Positions 11,304-24,086 are shown, counted from the stretch's first letter. The stretch: DNA of 55,153 bases from Octopus sinensis (GCF_006345805.1 NW_021833754.1:1-55153); one strand, 5' to 3'. Numbers and translations are program-made. The notes: generated by a model not told the origin, from the sequence alone.

Positions 11304-11859
11304 CAAGGGTGAGTCAAAAAGTAACGCCATTTTGCTTAGAACAGGTATAATTACTAACACAAGAAGATGTGTCATACATCGAAATGAAGCTGGTCCTCTG
11401 TGGATCTCATCCCTATTTCTCAACATAGTCACTGTTTTTCTCAATGTTCTTCGAATGAGAACATGTATCCATGCCCTGTAAAATTCTGTTGACTGTTCTT
11501 TGAGCCACTTCTTCACTACAGTTTTCACTCCCTTCTCACTGGAACAATGTTTGCCTCTCAAACCCTCTTTCATGGGGCCGAAGAGATGATAGACTGAAGA
11601 CGCTAAATTATTCCAGTGACAAGGAAGTGAAAACTGTAGTGAAGAAGTGGCTCAAAGAAGTCGACAGAATTTTACGGGTCAGGGATACGTGCTCCCATTC
11701 GAAGGTGGAACATTGCTATTGAGAGAAACGGTGACTATGTTGAGAAGTAGGGATGGGATCCACAGAGGAACAGCTTCATTTTGATGTATGATACATGTTC
11801 CTGTGTTGGTAATTATACTTGTCCTAAACAAAATGGCATTACTTTTTGACTCACCCTCG
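11304..11859. mobile_element. Mariner-derived palindromic non-autonomous element (556 bp, TA target duplication)
   Basis: TA|CAAGGGTGAGTCAAAAAGTAACGCCATTTTG...CAAAATGGCATTACTTTTTGACTCACCCTCG|TA. Both arms (over 200 bp) are transposase 3' ends, translating to mariner-type KTVVKKWLKEQSTEFY...RWNIAIERNGDYVEK. Confidence 0.92.
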
Positions 11860-11889
11860 TATTTATGTCTGAATAAAGAAAATACTCAC

Positions 11890-11965
11890 CCGCAACTTTG
11901 GTTCCAATGGCAAAGTTTATAGAGAGTAAAACACAAAGGTATATCTGAAGCCGTAAACTAACCAT
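11890..11965 (-). CDS. STMC6/Shisa-like protein, first coding exon (signal peptide MVSLRLQIYLCVLLSINFAIGTKVA)
   Basis: ATG at 11965; 76 nt to donor G|gtgagt (phase 1; G+AC=Asp with exon 2). Basic residue plus hydrophobic core. Upstream acceptor gattttcag| at 11990/11989 implies a further 5'UTR exon. Confidence 0.8.
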
Positions 11966-12716
11966 TCTGTGTGGCTTAGTCTATTGCCTCTGAAAATCAT
12001 CCATGTACTGTAAGTAGAGAAAAAAATGTATCGTTTTAGAAACGTCAGTTGAGTTTTGTGTAAATTGTGGTGACAAGTGAGCTGAAATTGTGCTGATTTT
12101 GAAACCAGGGTAAAGGATTTCGTTTAAACGATGAAACTAGAAGCCTAAACACCATCTATATTGACTCAATTAGCTCTCAATTATCTAGGAGCCATTGGCA
12201 AACTGTTTAATCGGAATACGGGAACCAAAGCGGGGTTCCTATAATCAGCTAGATAAATTGTTTGACTGGATATCAGATCAAATTGTGTAGGTAAAGTGTA
12301 TTTAGTAAATTAAATGAACACCACCGTTACATTACTGTTATTTCCCCTTGTCTGCCAGACTCCCAGCTCTCATTTCTTTTTTTGCGCATTTAATGCATAG
12401 AAAGAATATGTTTATATTTGTAGAGAAATCCCAGCTGTGATTTGAGCCATATCTCTCAGATTTTTCCCAGTTTAGAACCACTAACTAATATAGTGTTTCC
12501 ATGAAAGGAAAAGTGTTATCATAAACGATGGCTGACTTATAGCTGAAACGACATTCTTCAAAGTAGGTGTACGAGCTTTCCCGCCAAAAAATTTGATCGA
12601 AAATTGGTGAAGTTTTGGGCTGACATTAATATATGGGCGAGTGAAATTCAACTTTTGGTAAAAATTATCCCGTGTTTATCGCGTGTGGTTGTCTGTCACT
12701 TCTCTCACCTATTTAC

Positions 12717-12830
12717 CTGGCAAATTCAGTCTCAGATCAAAGAACTGCAAGCCATTGAGGAGAGTCTGTGTCACTTGTTTCAGCATCTTGTTCTCTCTCC
12801 TCTTCTTTCACATTTCTTGCGTAACATACG
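12717..12830 (-). other. Candidate non-coding 5'UTR exon of the STMC6-like gene
   Basis: Purine-rich unique sequence ending CCAG|gtaaat at 12717/12716; 5' boundary unknown. Confidence 0.25.
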
Positions 12831-12979
12831 TACGATGCACTCAACAAAAGGCACCAATCTTAACTTGTAGTCTCGAGTAAGACAATTACAGGCAGTGATT
12901 TAAATCCCTTGGATTACTGTCATGATGTCTTGGGGATATTTCGAACCTGGGTTCTCATTTCTAAGGTATTTTTTGATGT

Positions 12980-13012
<33 letters not shown>

Positions 13013-13683
13013 TATTATTATTCAGGTCACTGCCAGGAATCGAACTCGGAATCTTGGGGCTAGTAACCCGCGGTCTTAACCACTACGCCATATGCTCGTG
13101 GGCTGGAGGCTATATCAGCCTAAACGTTGTGTTAACAACAATGAAGACGAGGACAAATATCCGTGAAATGTAAATAATGTAAATAATGTACATAATCCCT
13201 CTTCTCTTAAATATAGAACTGTAAAATCTATTTATTTAGCGCTTTCGTCTTTTTTAGGGATTCATCATGGATGATGTCTTATAGAAAATTCATACCTTTT
13301 ATATATATGTGAGTGAGCTGACGAAAACTTTAGAGGATGTTAAGGGAGTGGTTATTTGAGATGTTCTTTGTCATTTTAAATTTATGCGTGTGTATATACG
13401 TGCGTGTAAGCATGTGAGTGTGGCGTATTTTGTATAAAAATCCGCCACACACACACACACACACATAGATTGAAAATGACCAATGACATCGCAAATAACC
13501 GCTCCCAAAATGTCTTCTTGGAAACAGATTCAACTCTAGATTTTTTTGTTAACTAATTCACATATATATATAAAAGGTTTGAATTTACTAAAAGACGTCA
13601 TGATGACTCTGGGAAAGGAACGAAAGAGCCAAATAAATAATTTTTCATCTAAATCCTGACTACCTTTTTTGTCTTAATATATG

Positions 13684-13726
<43 letters not shown>

Positions 13727-13727
<1 letters not shown>

Positions 13728-14126
13728 GTGGCTGTGTGGTAAGTAGCTTGTTTACCAACCACATGGTTCCGGGTTCAGTCCCACTGCGTGGCACCTTGGG
13801 CAAGTGTCTTCTACTATAGCCTCGGGCCGACCAAAGCCTTGTGAGTGGATCTGGTAGACGGAAACTGAAAGAAGTCCGTCGTGTATATGTATATATATAT
13901 ATGTGTGTGTGTTTGTGTGTCTGCGTTTGTCCCCCTAGCATTGCTTGACAAACGATGCTGGTGTGTTTATGCCCCCGTCACTTAGCGGTTCGGCAAAAAG
14001 AGACCGATAGAATAAGTACTGGGCTTACAAAGAATAAGTCCCGGGGTAGAATTGCTCGATTAAAAAAATGGTGGTGCTCCAGCATGGCCGCAGTCAAATG
14101 ACTGAAACAAGTAAAAGAGTAAAAGA

Positions 14127-14128
<2 letters not shown>
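13727..14128 (+). mobile_element. tRNA-derived SINE, family B
   Basis: Matches 2680-3057. Confidence 0.9.
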
Positions 14129-14181
<53 letters not shown>

Positions 14182-14334
14182 ATATATATAATAAAATTAT
14201 AATTAAGGGTATCTCAGAGATACCACCACGCTAGAAATAGCAGCCAAAGCGTGACTCTGAAACCACATTAACTGTTTATACAGCACCAGGAGAGAAGACA
14301 AAGAGGCAATATAAACTAGCAAAAAATTACTGGA

Positions 14335-14397
14335 TAATTCCAGATCCCGGAATTCTGGCTCTGCATAAGAAATGCTCTGTCTTCATCAGTAGAATAT
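14335..14397 (-). ncRNA. Degenerate type I hammerhead motif
   Basis: Minus strand: attctaCTGATGAagacagagcatttcttatgcagagccaGAATtccgggaTCtggaat. Helix I attcta/tggaat, TCC-G-GGA helix III, GAAA mutated to GAAT, helix II partly broken. Confidence 0.45.
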
Positions 14398-15403
14398 ACG
14401 CAGATAGCATATAAATACAAATATATATATATATACAACATACAAATACTTACTTATACGAACGTATACATATATATATATATGCACGTGTGCACACGAC
14501 CAATTCCGCAACGAAAAATGAGTGCGTTAATTAGCCACTACTAATTAATTCAGTCCACTGGATGGATAAAGGTTGAATGAGGTATTTTTGCCTCTTGGCT
14601 GAAACAACTGTAAGATATCATCCCAATTTCTATTGCTATATGTTCTATATTTTAATAATTGCTGATAGTTTTATATTTTATATATTATATATGTAAAGCA
14701 TAATATGTTATACATGTATGTATATTGTTATAATTGTCCTTTTAGTAAATAAATAAAGTTGATGAATACCACCCTCCATTTTCTTATTGCTCTCCCTCCC
14801 TCTCTCACTTTCTATATATATATATATATATATATACACAAACAGAATTGGCCAAAGTCATGGCTATCTTAACTGCAAAACCTAGAAAGGACTTTTAATA
14901 ATGTTTCCTGTAACGGTCATACCATCGGCACCATAGCCCATTCGAATTATTGTTTACAGAGATATCTATAAGTTTAGATGGTTTATTTGGAACTTGTTGG
15001 AGGAATTCATCCTGGAACTGTTTCAATGTTGTGAGGTATTTTACTTCCCTTACGTGTCTTGCGATGAGGTGAAAGAGAGCAGAGACATGTGGCCTGAAAT
15101 AGTTTTGTCTTAGTGTTGTGATATGATGCGAGCATGTTTTCTATAGAAGACATACATACATACATGCATACATACATACATGCATACATACGTACATACA
15201 TATATATATATATATTGAAAAGGTTGCAAGACGCAACGAAAATTTTAGGAAAATAAAAATAAGAAATAAGCGGAAATTTTGCAGGTGAGCGTGTTAAATT
15301 ATAAAGCACAAAAAGAAAATGACTCTCCCCAGACACAACAGAATATGCTTCAAAACACGAACTCATATAAAGAATCTTGCAAACCAAATTCAAAAACGAA
15401 ACA

Positions 15404-15523
<120 letters not shown>

Positions 15524-15529
15524 TGTATA

Positions 15530-15715
15530 TGTTTCAAATTTTGGTACAAGGGCAACAATTTTGGGGGAGTGGGTAATTTGATTACATCGATCGACCCCAG
15601 TGCACAACTGGTACTTAATTTATCGTCGCCGAAATGATGAAAGGCTAAGTCGACCTCGGCGAATTTGAACTCAGATTGTAAAAAGCATTTTGCTCGGCGT
15701 ACTATCAATACTACC
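15530..15715 (-). mobile_element. tRNA-derived SINE, family C
   Basis: Reverse complement of the family C core. Confidence 0.8.
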
Positions 15716-15729
15716 AGACCGTCGATTTT

Positions 15730-15975
15730 ATACATACATGCATGCATACATACATACATACATACATACATACATACATACATGCATGCATGCATACATA
15801 CATACATACATACATACATACATACAAAACATACATACATACATACATACATACATACATACATACATACATACAAAGCATACATACATACATACAAACA
15901 TACATAGATACATACATACATACATACATACATACATACATACATACATACATACATACATGTATACATACATAC
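15730..15975. repeat. (TACA)n microsatellite
   Basis: Read directly. Confidence 0.95.
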
Positions 15976-16014
15976 AGCACTTGTCCGAAAATATTATCAA
16001 CCGATGATACACGA

Positions 16015-16790
16015 TGTTATAGCTAGGACACCGTAAAATGAGATAACCCGGAGGCCAAAGATATTAGAATCTAAAGTATGATAGAAGCCATAACCACTAA
16101 ATAAAAAAAGTACTGGTGGAATGTACCACAATAAAATGTAAACATAATTGACCTGACATAGTAATTTGGGATAGAGAAGAGAAACTGCGTACAGTTGTGG
16201 AAATCAGCTGCCAAGCGGATGTTGACATCAAGCGAAAAAGAAAATACCTACGCTGAACTATTGAGGAATCTACAGCTACTCTTTCGAGATTACAAGTTCA
16301 GGTTTGTACTTATAATTATTGGGGCACTGGGATATGTAACACACTGTCTAAATACCAATCTTGAGAAATTAGGCTTCTCAAAACCAGCTGATTCGAAGAT
16401 TACAGAGCCATACCATCACTGGAACTGTTGTAATATGTAAAAGTTCCTAGAAGTTTATAATATAAGTATATATGACTATGTCTAGATAATCAGGTATATG
16501 GCAGGAAAATACATACAAAATAAACAAATCTACACACATTTATACATACATAAATACATACATACATACATACATACATACATACATACATTCATACATA
16601 CATACATACATACATACATACATACATACATACATACATACACACACACATACATACATACATACATACATACATACATACATACATACGTACATACATA
16701 CAAAATATCTTGTTGAAATTCCAATGACGGAGTCTTGGATCAAGGTTAGAAACCGACTCTTTCTCTATTGGCAAGAAATTTTAAAATAAT
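16015..16790 (+). mobile_element. R4/Dong-like non-LTR retrotransposon 3' fragment (RLE endonuclease C-terminus plus 3'UTR with internal TACA array)
   Basis: SEKENTYAELLRNLQLLFRDYKFRFVLIIIGALGYVTHCLNTNLEKLGF fits the K..KY.eL...PI(I)IGALG C-terminal motif of RLE elements. An inverted sister copy is at 19800-20396. Confidence 0.75.
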
Positions 16791-16885
16791 ACTGATAATG
16801 ACAAACCCACATACATACATACACACACACACACAAATACACATACAAATACACACACATTACACACATGCACATATAAACATAC

Positions 16886-16927
<42 letters not shown>

Positions 16928-17506
16928 TAATTTCAACAATTGAGGGCAAAATTAATTAATTATTAATCAATTTCACCAAGTGTTCAGTATGCAAAGGGAC
17001 CATTCAAGGCGAATTCAAATTATTACATTATATAAAAGGGCTTAGTAAAATAAATTACTTTGCCGCATACTGAACTCATTAGAAATAGCAGCTAAAAAAC
17101 TTTTTTAAAGCTATTTCTAATAGCTTTAAAAAAGTTTTTTAGCTGCTATTTCTAATGAGTTCAGTATGCGGCAAAGTAATTTATTTTACTAAGCCCTTTT
17201 ATATAATGTATATATATATATATATTATTTCAACAATTGAGGGTAAAATTAATTAATTAATCAATTTCACCAAGTATTCAGTATGCAAAGGGACCATTTA
17301 AGGCGAATTCAAATTATTACATTATATAAAAGGGCTTAGTAAAATAAATTACTTTGCCGCATACTGAACTCATTAGAAATAGCAGCCAAAAAAAACTTTT
17401 CTATAACTATTTCTAATACTTAAAGAAAACCTCTCTCATATAGTGTTTGCTCAATTCAACTCACGAAAGTATGGGGGTAGAGACATTAAAAAATCAAATG
17501 CAAAGG

Positions 17507-17568
17507 TTATTTGAAAACGTACGTTTCAAGATTAGTCAAACTCGACATTTCTATCATCAGCTCAGAAC
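17507..17568 (-). ncRNA. Type I hammerhead motif with ACGTACGT palindromic helix III
   Basis: Minus strand: gttctgagCTGATGAtagaaatgtcgagtttgactaatcttGAAAcgtacgTTttcaaataac. Confidence 0.6.
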
Positions 17569-18197
17569 TCCCTGGTTTGGATTTGAAAACACTGAAAGTG
17601 GGAGCATACCCTTTCGGCTTCTTCTCGCTTCTGAAGATCTGCTCGACACTAACAGTGCCAACAAACTCAAAAATGCAATCTTGAAACGTACGTTCTCAAA
17701 TAACCTTTGCATTTGATTTTTTAATGTCTCTACCCCCATACTTTCGTGAGTTGAATTGAGCAAACACTATATGAGAGAGGTTTTCTTTAAGTATTAGAAA
17801 TAGTTTTAGAAAAGTTTTTTTTGGCTGCTATTTCTAATGAGTTCAGTATGCGGCAAGTAATTTATTTTACTAAGCCCTTTTATATAATGTAATAATTTGA
17901 ATTCGCCTTAAATGGTCCCTTTGCATACTGAATACTTGGTGAATTGATTAATTAATTAATTTTACCCTCAATTGTTGAAATTATAATTCATCTCTCTCTA
18001 TATAATGCCTCGGATTTTACCGAAAAAAGCATAGTGTTTACTGATTTTAACCCACGCTGGTGGAAAGGGGAGAGCAGAAATTCTTCGCTTGCATTTTTGA
18101 GTTTGTTGGCACTGTTAGTGTCGAGCAGATCTTCAGAAGCGAGAAGAAGCCGAAAGGGTATGCTCCCACTTTCAGTGTTTTCAAATCCAAACCAGGA

Positions 18198-18260
18198 GTT
18201 CTGAGCTGATGATAGAAATGTCGAGTTTGACTAATCTTGAAACGTACGTTCTCAAATAAC
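18198..18260 (+). ncRNA. Type I hammerhead motif with ACGTACGT palindromic helix III
   Basis: CTGATGA 18206-18212, GAAA 18239-18242, GUU triplet ending 18250. Helix I tgag/ctca plus gtt/aac; helix II has a U-U first pair, then AGA/TCT and GTC/GAC. Confidence 0.6.
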
Positions 18261-18459
18261 CTTTGCATTTGATTTTTTAATGTCTCTACCCCCATACTTT
18301 CGTGAGTTGAATTGAGCAAACACTATATGAGAGAGGTTTTCTTTAAGTATTAGAAATAGTTTTAGAAAAGTTTTTTTTGGCTGCTATTTCTAATGAGTTC
18401 AGTATGCGGCAAAGTAATTTATTTTACTAAGCCCTTTTATATAATGTAATAATTTGAAT

Positions 18460-18495
<36 letters not shown>

Positions 18496-18576
18496 TATAT
18501 ATACACACACACATACAGGCATACATGTACACACACACACAAATACTCACATTACACGCATGCACATATAAACATA

Positions 18577-18617
<41 letters not shown>

Positions 18618-19199
18618 ATATATATATATATAATATATGTAGGTAGATATAGATATAGATATAGATATAGATAGATACACTTACGCACCCACGTAAACAG
18701 ACACTCATACCGATAAGAATGTTAATTACCTTAAAATCAGGCTGTATATATAACAATACCTCCAGTGTGTGTATATACCAGAGCTATGTGGAAGATTGTG
18801 ATCACCAAGAGACAATTGACAATATAATATAGTTTACCTGAAATCTACACATTTGTTTTTTTTTGTTTTTTTTTATTATACGTGATGCTTTTTTTTTGTG
18901 TCATCAGATGACGGAAAAAATATCAATCAATATGTCTTTTTTTTTGTTTTTTTCTTTGTTCTTGTTCATTTAATTGCCATAACAACAACTGGTTTCAAAT
19001 CCATCCGAGCACTCCCTCCTCCAACATCCCTGTCCTCCACATCCACCACCTGCTACTGCTGCTCCACCGCAACCACCATCACCATGACCATCACCACCGC
19101 CGCTCCTTGGCTGATTATCGAAACTAATCAATCACCTGCTCGTTGCAGTCGGTCCAATGTAGGTGGTGGCTACGCAGAGACAACAAGCCTTAATTACTG

Positions 19200-19680
19200 C
19201 AACTGTGTCGTCATGCTCGTTGTCATCGTTGTCATCGTTGTCATCGTTGTCGCTTTTGTCGTCGTTGTTTATTGTTATCTTTGTAGTTACTCTTGCAGCT
19301 GGGTTTGCTTTATATATCTGTACATGTTGCTCTTCTTCTTCTTCTTCTTCTTCTTCTTCTTCTTCTTCTTCTCCTCCTCCTCCTCCTCCTCCTCCTCCTC
19401 CTCCTTCTTCTTCTTCTTCTTCTTCTTCTTCTCCCTCCTTATCCTCCTCTTCCTATTCCTCTGCCTTCATCATCATCATCATCTTCTTCTTCTTCTTCTT
19501 CTTCTTCTCTTCTCCCTCCTTATCTTCCTCTTCCTATTCCTCTGCCTTCATCATCATCATCATCATCATCATCTTCTTCCCGTCTTTACCCATGTCCATC
19601 TCGTCTTCCTCGTCGTCCTCGTCGTCCTCGTCGTCGTCGTCCTCGTCGTCGTCGTCCTCCTCCTCCTCCTCCTCCCTCCA
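19200..19680. repeat. Triplet-switching low-complexity tract (TCT/TCC/TCA/TCG) with an internal duplication of about 80 bp
   Basis: ctccctccttatc(c/t)tcctcttcctattcctctgccttcatcatcatc occurs at about 19430-19482 and 19512-19572. Confidence 0.9.
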
Positions 19681-19799
19681 TTCTAATATTCTTTAGCTAA
19701 GCAATATGTATGTATGTATGCCTGTCTGTCTGTGTGTCTGTGTGTCTGTCTGCCTGTCTGTCTGTCTGTCTGTATGTATGTATGTGATTGTTCAGTTTT

Positions 19800-19894
19800 T
19801 TTTTTTCAAGATTTCTTGCCAATAGAGAAAGAATCGGTTTCTAACCTAGATCCAAGAGTCCTTCATTGGAATTTCAACAACATCAACAACTGGG

Positions 19895-19936
<42 letters not shown>

Positions 19937-20388
19937 GGTATAGGTGCAGATTTGTATGTATTGTTTTATGTATGTTATTCTCATGCATATAGTCCCATAT
20001 CTAGACATACTCAAATATACTTAAATGATAAACTCCTGAAAAGTTTTACAGATTTTTACAGTTCCAGTGATGACTTGGATCTGTAGTCTTCGAATCAGCT
20101 TTCTCCTTTCTGGCTTTGAGAAACCTAGTTTCTCAAGATTGATATTTAGGCAGTGTGTTATATATCCCAGTGCCCCAATAATTACAGGTATAAACCTAAA
20201 CTGTTGCAGAGAGTAACTGCAGATTTCTCAATAGTTCAAGGTAGCTATTCTCTTAAGCTTTATGTAAACATCTGCTGAGCTGCTGATTTCCATAACTGTA
20301 CAGTTTCTCTTCTCTATCCCAAATTTCTATGTTATGTTTACGTTTTACTGAGGTTTTCACTAGTACATTGTGCTTTTAGTAGAGAAGC

Positions 20389-20396
<8 letters not shown>
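19800..20396 (-). mobile_element. R4/Dong-like non-LTR retrotransposon 3' fragment
   Basis: Reverse complement of 16130-16790, including the same terminal segment of about 85 bp. Confidence 0.75.
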
Positions 20397-20453
<57 letters not shown>

Positions 20454-20800
20454 TAGTAGTCTCATTCTTATCTAGTGCTTTCACTGCACTATTGAGCGCA
20501 GCTCTGTGTGCCTTGGGTATGTGCTGTGGTTTGTTGTGATGCTCTTATTTTCACTGTACTGAGAGTGTTTTACGTAGGATGTGTGCAGTGCCCAGTAGTG
20601 CAATTTTCTTTATGTTATATATATTTGTAAGTTCTGGTGTTTTTATTATGAATTTGTCTGAATATTTTTTTTTATCATACGTAATGCACCTAATGTGATA
20701 GGAATTGTTTCTGTTTTTAGACTCCACATTCGAGTTACCTCTATTTCCAGGTCTTTGTATTTTGAAAGTTTCTCCGTTTCTTTTAGAGAAACATTATCAT

Positions 20801-21224
20801 CAGGACCGGATTAAGACCCATCGAGGCCTTAAGCACTTAAAAGATTTTGGTGCCCCCATAAAAGATTATGTAATTCAAAATATAAGCAATAACAAACCAT
20901 AAAATAAATTTTTACTTTTCAAAACGAAACGAAACAGTAAGAGGGAAAATAATGTTTATTTTTGTATACTTCCACTTTATTTTCATTTGAAAAGTTTCCT
21001 CCTACTTTTTTGAATTGCAAAGTCTTTGATCAGATCCTCAAAACGAATCTTAGGTAACACATCTTCATCTATACTTAATAGAGATAAAGGCATCCTGAAT
21101 ATTATTTTAGCAAGTTTAAAGTGATTTTTGTGCCATAAACCATTTACCACTTCTGTGGTGCCCCCTCCTTCTCTTGATGCCCTAAGCAGGTGCTTATTTT
21201 GCTTAATGGTTAATCCAGCTCTCG
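20801..21224 (-). mobile_element. Non-autonomous hAT remnant
   Basis: Degenerate TIRs caggaccggattaa / ttaatccagctctc. Minus-strand peptide LSLLSIDEDVLPKIRFEDLIKDFAIQKSRRK matches the hAT C-terminal dimerisation motif. Confidence 0.75.
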
Positions 21225-21239
21225 TTGTTATCTGTTGGT

Positions 21240-22885
21240 TTTGATACATCAATTAGAAAACATTATTTTTTCTTGATGATCTCTGACAACTATATCCGGC
21301 CTATTAACCTTAATTTCTCTGTGTGTATTGGCATATCCCAAATCATGGTTGCTTTCTTATTTTCTATGACCTTTTTTGGCGTGTGCTTATACCATCTTTT
21401 TTCTGTTATTGTATAGGGTTGGCACAACTTCCAGTGCATATAAATCCCAACTCTGTCGTGTCTGTGAATATACTTCTTCTTAGCCAGGACTGGGCAACCA
21501 AAGACAATATGATTTATTGTTTTCTGTCCATCTCCACATATTCTGCAGTTTATTGTATTTCTTTTCATTTCATGTTTGAGGTAATTTCTTGTGGGGAGGC
21601 TTTGGTCTTGTGCTGTAATTAAAAATTCTCCAGTCTCTGCTTTGATTCCTGAGCTTCTCAGCCATTGTTGGAACATTGAATTATCTATTTCTTTTCTGTT
21701 TAGCTTAGCCCAGTATTTGCCATGAAGGGGCTTTTCTTGCCATCGTTTTATCATGATCCGTTGCTGTTCCAGTTTTAGTTTGGATTTCAGTTGTTTTACA
21801 GCTTTTGTCGTTTCTTCTTTTTCTTCATAGTTGTTAGATATTATGACTTATTTGTTGTATTTGTCAGCTTCCTTAAAAACTGAAATCAATTTTTTGTTTT
21901 GTTCGTGTTTTGTGGCTATTTGTTTTAGCTTTCTTTGTTTCTGATGTAGGTATTTCTGTAGTCCTATGGTGGTTATTTTGTAATAGTTTTCTAGCTGTAT
22001 AAGGTCTCTACCACCTTCGATACGTTGTATAAATAACCTTTCTATGTCAGATTTTGGGTGGTGCATCTTAAATCCTGTCACTTGTTTGTTTCCCTGTCTA
22101 TTAGTTCATTTAGAGTCCAGTTAAGAATATTGTAGCTGTAACTTATAACTGGGACGGCTAGACTCTCTTTTACTCTTTTACTCTTTTACTTGTTTCAGTC
22201 ATTTGACTGCGGCCATGCTGGAGCACCGCCTTTAGTCGAGAAAATCGACCCCGGGACTTATTCTTTGTAAGCCCAGTACTTATTCTATCGGTCTCTTTTG
22301 CCGAACCGCTAAGTGACGGGGACGTAAACACACCAGCATCGGTTGTCAAGCAATGCTAGGGGGACAAACACAGACACACAAACACACACACACATATATA
22401 TACATATATACGACAGGCTTCTTTCAGTTTCCGTCTACCAAATCCACTCACAAGGCATTGGTCGGCCCGGGGCTATAACAGAAGACACTTGCCCAAGATG
22501 CCACGCAGTGGGACTGAACCCGGAACCATGTGGTTGGTTAGCAAGCTACTTACCACACAGCCACTCCTGTTGATACCTATTTTGTTTTTCGCATTGAGTT
22601 CTGTTTTCCGTACTAATCTAACTCATCCAAAGTATTCTTTTCTTACCTTCTCTTTCTATTTTGTGTGTGTTGTATCGTAACCAATTCATTGATTCCTAAG
22701 TATTTGTATGTCTGGTTTTGGTATAATTCTCTTATTTCATTTGCTTTATCTAGTGTGATATTGCTACTTAAGAGTACCAACACCACACTAGTTTTCCTCT
22801 TTACAAGGTTGCCTTGGCACATTTTTCTAAGCCAAATTTCATGTTTATTTATTTGGTAGATCCATATACTGTCTGTAGTGATGTT
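21240..22885 (-). mobile_element. Decayed R4-clade LINE fragment (RT C-terminal part, CCHC knuckle, start of RLE), interrupted by a SINE
   Basis: TYKYLGI; HHPKSDIERLFIQRIEGGRDL; WQEKPLHGKY; WLRSSGIKAETGEFLITAQDQSLPTRNY; CRICGDGQKTINHIVFGC; YIHRHDRV..MHWKLC; MIWDMPIHT. Multiple frameshifts. Confidence 0.9.
22168..22567 (-). mobile_element. tRNA-derived SINE, family B, inserted into the R4 LINE
   Basis: Splits the LINE peptide GIN|SLAVPVISYSYNILNWT. Confidence 0.9.
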
Positions 22886-22889
22886 TCCC

Positions 22890-23467
22890 GAGTGAGAGAG
22901 AGCAGTGCATACCATGAAAGTGACACTGGGGTAAAATATGCGATGGTCAGTATACCCATCATTACTACCCGTCTGATAAGGGTACACCAGGCATATGCAT
23001 CACAACCATATGTGCGTGACATGGTGATCTCATATAAAAATAAACAGTGCATAACCTTGCAGGTGAGGGGGTCTAGTTAGAAATTTCTTCAGGTCGAGTA
23101 GCCCATCCTGCTCAAAAGGTCCCCGAATAAGGTTTGTTTAAGGATGTTGAACGAAGCACCCATGTTTCCAAAGGTCAGTTATCTGAGCCCCAAAGAACTC
23201 TCAACATATGGCTATGATGCTCCTCCACTACTTCTGCTCGTGATTAGAGATGCACAAATTGTCAGCCACTAAGGGACATGCTCAAATGGTTAAGGTCAAG
23301 CAACTGACAAGCAAATCTTTGGTATTGAGCAGAATATTTGCTGTAGCCCATATTTTATGCCAAGACAAAACAATGTACATTATAACACTTCCAATCAGTT
23401 AAGACCAGAAGCTATGAGAGTCACTGCCTGGTACTGCATCAGGGCAGTTATTATTATTATTATTATT
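22890..23467. mobile_element. About 575-bp non-coding interspersed element, copy 1, ending in (TTA)n on +
   Basis: gagtgagagag(ag)cagt...ggtactgcatcagggca(TTA)n; diverged tandem copy immediately downstream. Confidence 0.8.
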
Positions 23468-24021
23468 GAGTGAGAGAGCAGTTCATGCCATCAAAGTGAC
23501 ACTGGGGTAAAATATACGAAGCCCAATATACCCATCATGACTACCCGTCTGATAAAGGTACACCAGGCACATGCATCACAACCATATGTGCGCGACATGG
23601 TGATCTCATATCAAGATAAACAGCACATGACCTTGCGGGTGGGGCCCAGTTAGAATTTTCTTCAGGTTGAGTAACCCATCCCGCTCAAAAGGTCCCTGAA
23701 TAAGGATTGTTTAAGGATGTTGAAAGAACCACCCATGTTTCCAGAGGTGAATTATTCAAACCCCAAAGAATCCCTCTCAACACATGGCTATGATGCTCCC
23801 CCACTATTTCTGCTCGTGATCAGAGATGCACATATCGTCAGCCACTAAGGGAAATGCTCAACTGGTTAAGGTCAAACAACTGACAAGCAAATCTGTGGTA
23901 TTGAGCAGAATATTTGCTGTAGCCCATCTTTTATACCAAGACAAAACAATGTACATGATAACACTTCCAATCAGTTAAGATCAGAAGCCATGAGAGCCAC
24001 TGCCTGGTACTGCATCAGGGC

Positions 24022-24076
<55 letters not shown>

Positions 24077-24086
24077 ATTATTATTA

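Larger units (their letters stand above)
16929..18460. repeat. Nested inverted-repeat complex of five segments of one PLE-like module
   Basis: Segments: 16929-17117(+), 17118-17210(-), 17227-17678(+), 17679-17982(-), 18089-18460(-). Near-perfect arms of about 93, 305 and 372 bp; flanked by (TA)n on both sides. Confidence 0.9.

Noticed and set aside
18898-19700. 262/177/135-aa poly-F/S/L ORFs and an acidic RG-containing reading on the minus strand
   Set aside because: Triplet low-complexity tract; the minus-strand acidic frame has stops and a frameshift.
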